A DNA stretch of 64,000 nt from Rhina ancylostomus (Eukaryota), in NCBI GenBank assembly GCA_030265395.1, contig JARFYF010000084.1:100265137-100329136 (forward strand). The letters run 5' to 3'. The position numbers were made by a program, and so were the translations under genes. This document shows, one piece after another, positions 60,901 through 64,000 of this stretch. Each line of letters starts with the position of its first letter. The first letter of the stretch is position 1. A model generated the notes under the pieces. That model saw only the letters and a program-made list of their open reading frames with translations. It was not told the DNA's origin and did not search any database.

Positions 60901-61705
60901 TGCAAAGGCGCCCTATAAGTTCTCCACCACATGACCAGTGAATCATTAGAAATTCAACAAGGGAAAAACTGAAAGATTGTTCTCAAGTGTAAAAGGGCTA
61001 CACTATGTAGAAAAAAAATGAGATCTCTATTGCATAAAGAGGAGACTGAGTGAGAGACTCCTTTTGAGGATATTAAAAAATTAAACTTTAGACACTTTTA
61101 AGTAAAGCCATACAAGTAGGGAGATGAATCTTAATTATTGGAAAGTAAGCTTAAAACAGATCTTGGAAAGATCAGCTTTTAATAAATAAAATACTTGGAA
61201 CTATTTTCCTGAACAGCTGTGCCAAACATATTAGGGATACTTAGAAGTTAGTCCACTGGAATGGGCAAGTAAAGAGCTAAGATGCAAAGGACAAATCTGG
61301 CATTACCAAACTTGTGTACTGGAAATCATAGGAAACATTCCAGCAATTTTCTAATATGTTCAGCTTAATTTTATGGTCAATTATAGCTACCTTAAGAGCA
61401 ATTTTTTTTTATAAAGGGTACAAAGTAGGAAAGGATTCTATGATTCTGTGATTCATATTTAATTTCTCCAGCTGCAAATCTATCCCTTTACATTCAGGGG
61501 TGTTTATTTCAGAATTCAGTTCATGAGACTTGCTATCAGGAAGATTAAATACTGTACATGTAAATGACTCCGGTATCGCATTGAGTTTTCAAAGGAAAGT
61601 TATCCTTGTTTTGATTCCCCTACTTCAGTTTTCCCTTATCCCTCTGGCCCCTTTACCCTTTCGCTTTTGCCTCTCCCCCCAGACCTGCCCCTCACCCCAT
61701 CACAA

Positions 61706-61883
61706 TGTTGATACAAAGAGCAATCTCACAGAGAAACCAAATGCAACACACTGGTACAAGACTGGAGTCAAGATACTTCCCCAGGACCAAACACGGGCAG
61801 CAACTCTAAGGAATCTTGCCTTGGAGATCTGAGGAGGAATCCCAACACAAACTGGATATTCAAAGAGGAACAGAGAACACAGG
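61706..61883 (-). mobile_element. LTR-like repeat, copy 3 (right part in gap)
   Basis: 61836-61883 matches 9928-9975; putative terminus TGTTGATAC at 61706 reads ...GTATCAACA on the - strand. Confidence 0.5.
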
Positions 61884-62794
61884 ANNNNNNNNNNNNNNNN
61901 NNNNNNNNNNNNNNNNNNNNNNNNNNNNNNNNNNNNNNNNNNNNNNNNNNNNNNNNNNNNNNNNNNNNNNNNNNNNNNNNNNNNNNNNNNNNNNNNNNNN
62001 NNNNNNNNNNNNNNNNNNNNNNNNNNNNNNNNNNNNNNNNNNNNNNNNNNNNNNNNNNNNNNNNNNNNNNNNNNNNNNNNNNNNNNNNNNNNNNNNNNNN
62101 NNNNNNNNNNNNNNNNNNNNNNNNNNNNNNNNNNNNNNNNNNNNNNNNNNNNNNNNNNNNNNNNNNNNNNNNNNNNNNNNNNNNNNNNNNNNNNNNNNNN
62201 NNNNNNNNNNNNNNNNNNNNNNNNNNNNNNNNNNNNNNNNNNNNNNNNNNNNNNNNNNNNNNNNNNNNNNNNNNNNNNNNNNNNNNNNNNNNNNNNNNNN
62301 NNNNNNNNNNNNNNNNNNNNNNNNNNNNNNNNNNNNNNNNNNNNNNNNNNNNNNNNNNNNNNNNNNNNNNNNNNNNNNNNNNNNNNNNNNNNNNNNNNNN
62401 NNNNNNNNNNNNNNNNNNNNNNNNNNNNNNNNNNNNNNNNNNNNNNNNNNNNNNNNNNNNNNNNNNNNNNNNNNNNNNNNNNNNNNNNNNNNNNNNNNNN
62501 NNNNNNNNNNNNNNNNNNNNNNNNNNNNNNNNNNNNNNNNNNNNNNNNNNNNNNNNNNNNNNNNNNNNNNNNNNNNNNNNNNNNNNNNNNNNNNNNNNNN
62601 NNNNNNNNNNNNNNNNNNNNNNNNNNNNNNNNNNNNNNNNNNNNNNNNNNNNNNNNNNNNNNNNNNNNNNNNNNNNNNNNNNNNNNNNNNNNNNNNNNNN
62701 NNNNNNNNNNNNNNNNNNNNNNNNNNNNNNNNNNNNNNNNNNNNNNNNNNNNNNNNNNNNNNNNNNNNNNTAAATTTTTGTACATTTTTGTACA

Positions 62795-62906
62795 TCGAGT
62801 TGTCCAGCACAGAAACAGGCCTTTCAGCTCAGTATGTCCATGCTGACCGTACCTACCTACACTCATCCTGTTTACCCACATTAGCTCTGTAGCCTTCCAA
62901 TCCATG
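62795..62906 (-). mobile_element. HER1/CR1 3' tail
   Basis: CAGCACAGAAACAGGCCTTTCAGC...TCCATGCTGACC. Confidence 0.75.
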
Positions 62907-63039
62907 GATGCAAAAGGTTCGATGGGGGAAGCAGTTAAAGAAAATGAAGGAAGTTAAACTGCTTTGACAATGGGCTTTAGAAGAGTGCTTACATTGCCAA
63001 TTCCCATTTGTTTTTTAAGAGACTTTCTTGTTCTTCATT

Positions 63040-63212
63040 GGATAGCACCTCTAACTTGGGTTAAAAGGCTGTGGGTTCAAGTCTCACCTTAGATACCTGA
63101 GCTTGTAAATTAAGGTTGATGATACAAGCTGGTGCTGAGGAAGTGTTGTCTTTGAAAAGAGATGTTAAACTATCTGTTTTCTCAGGTTATTTTGAAGAGT
63201 CACGGAGTTATT
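63040..63212 (+). mobile_element. Deu-domain SINE 5' part
   Basis: B-box-like GGGTTCAAGTC, then GCTGAGG..GTCTTT..GAGATGTTAAAC..TTTTGAAGAG. Confidence 0.55.
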
Positions 63213-63261
63213 GATGAACTATAAATGTTGGCCTTGCCTGTGATGCTTGTGTCCCAATAAT

Positions 63262-63560
63262 GCACAGCGGCCAGTAGAGGGCCAGAGACGTGGGTTCAAT
63301 CCTGACCTCGGGGACCATCTGTGTGCAGTTTGCATGTTCTTCGTGACCACCTATATCTGAAAGGTGTGTGGGTTGGTAGGTTATATGGCCACTGTAAGTT
63401 GCCCCTGGTGGGCAGGTGAGTGGTGGAACCTCGAGGGAGTTGATGGTAATGTGGGGAAAATAAAAAAATTGTGATTAATGAAGGATTAGTGGAAATGGTG
63501 GTTGATGACTGGCAGGAACTTGGTGGTCTGAAGGACCTGTTTCCATGCTGAATCTCTCTC
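63262..63560 (+). mobile_element. HE1-type tRNA-derived SINE
   Basis: B box GGGTTCAATCC, TCTGTGTGCAGTTTGCATGTTCT, GGCCACTGTAAGTTGCCCCT, and a HER1-like tail GAAGGACCTGTTTCCATGCTG. Confidence 0.85.
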
Positions 63561-63577
63561 ATTTCAATCTCAACACA

Positions 63578-63890
63578 TCCAGTCTTTTCCCCAGGGAACG
63601 GGAACTAAAAGCTAGGGGCCATAGGTTTAAGCTGAGAGGTGAAATATTTAAAAGGGACCTGAGGGGCAACTTCATGCAGAAGATGGTGTGTATATGGAAT
63701 TAGCTGCCAAAGCAAGTGGTTGAGGCAGGTACAGTAGTAACATTTAAAAGACATTTGGATGAGTACATGGGTAGGAGGGGGTCAGAGGGATATGGGCCAA
63801 AATGTGAGTTAAATGGTGGGCACCATGGTCGGCATGGACGAGTTGTGCCGAAGGGCCTGTTTCTGTGCTGTATTACTCTATGACTCTCTA
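63578..63890 (+). mobile_element. HER1/CR1 LINE 3' end
   Basis: ARGHRFKLRGEIFKRDLRGNF...WN*LP...TFKRHLD; tail GAAGGGCCTGTTTCTGTGCTGTATTACTCTATGACTCT. Confidence 0.9.
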
Positions 63891-64000
63891 ATACAAATTT
63901 CAGGCACCAATCAGGGCAGGAACAGAACTAGTTAGCGTGATGACAATGTCTTGGATAAGTTGACATTTGTGGACTGTGGGTGAGTTAAACAGATCTTCAA

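Overview
AT-rich, CpG-depleted vertebrate genomic DNA with many N gaps. The repeat content (HE1-type SINEs, HER1/CR1 LINEs, Deu-domain SINEs, Penelope-derived palindromes) points to an elasmobranch (shark or ray); this is inferred from recalled repeat consensus, not from a database search. I find no host protein-coding exon, tRNA, rRNA or CRISPR array. The long ORFs in the track are N-gap read-throughs or transposon relics, so the window looks like gene desert or a large intron. Points of interest: (1) a nearly complete fossil two-gene PIF/Harbinger transposon at about 31.3-33.7 kb (Myb/SANT gene on +, HARBI1-like transposase on -, convergent), plus several further Harbinger relics; (2) a stop-free, roughly 300-bp internal fragment of an R2-like reverse transcriptase outside rDNA (3764-4066); (3) an orphan CpG-enriched kilobase (8.56-9.64 kb); (4) three perfect nuclear-receptor half-sites in 25 bp (28718-28742); (5) several repeat-free, homeobox-motif-rich enhancer candidates; (6) nested insertions, a three-copy LTR-like family and a CpG-retaining segment of unknown origin. 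I cannot support a claim of a new biological system. Repeat boundaries are approximate unless stated otherwise.
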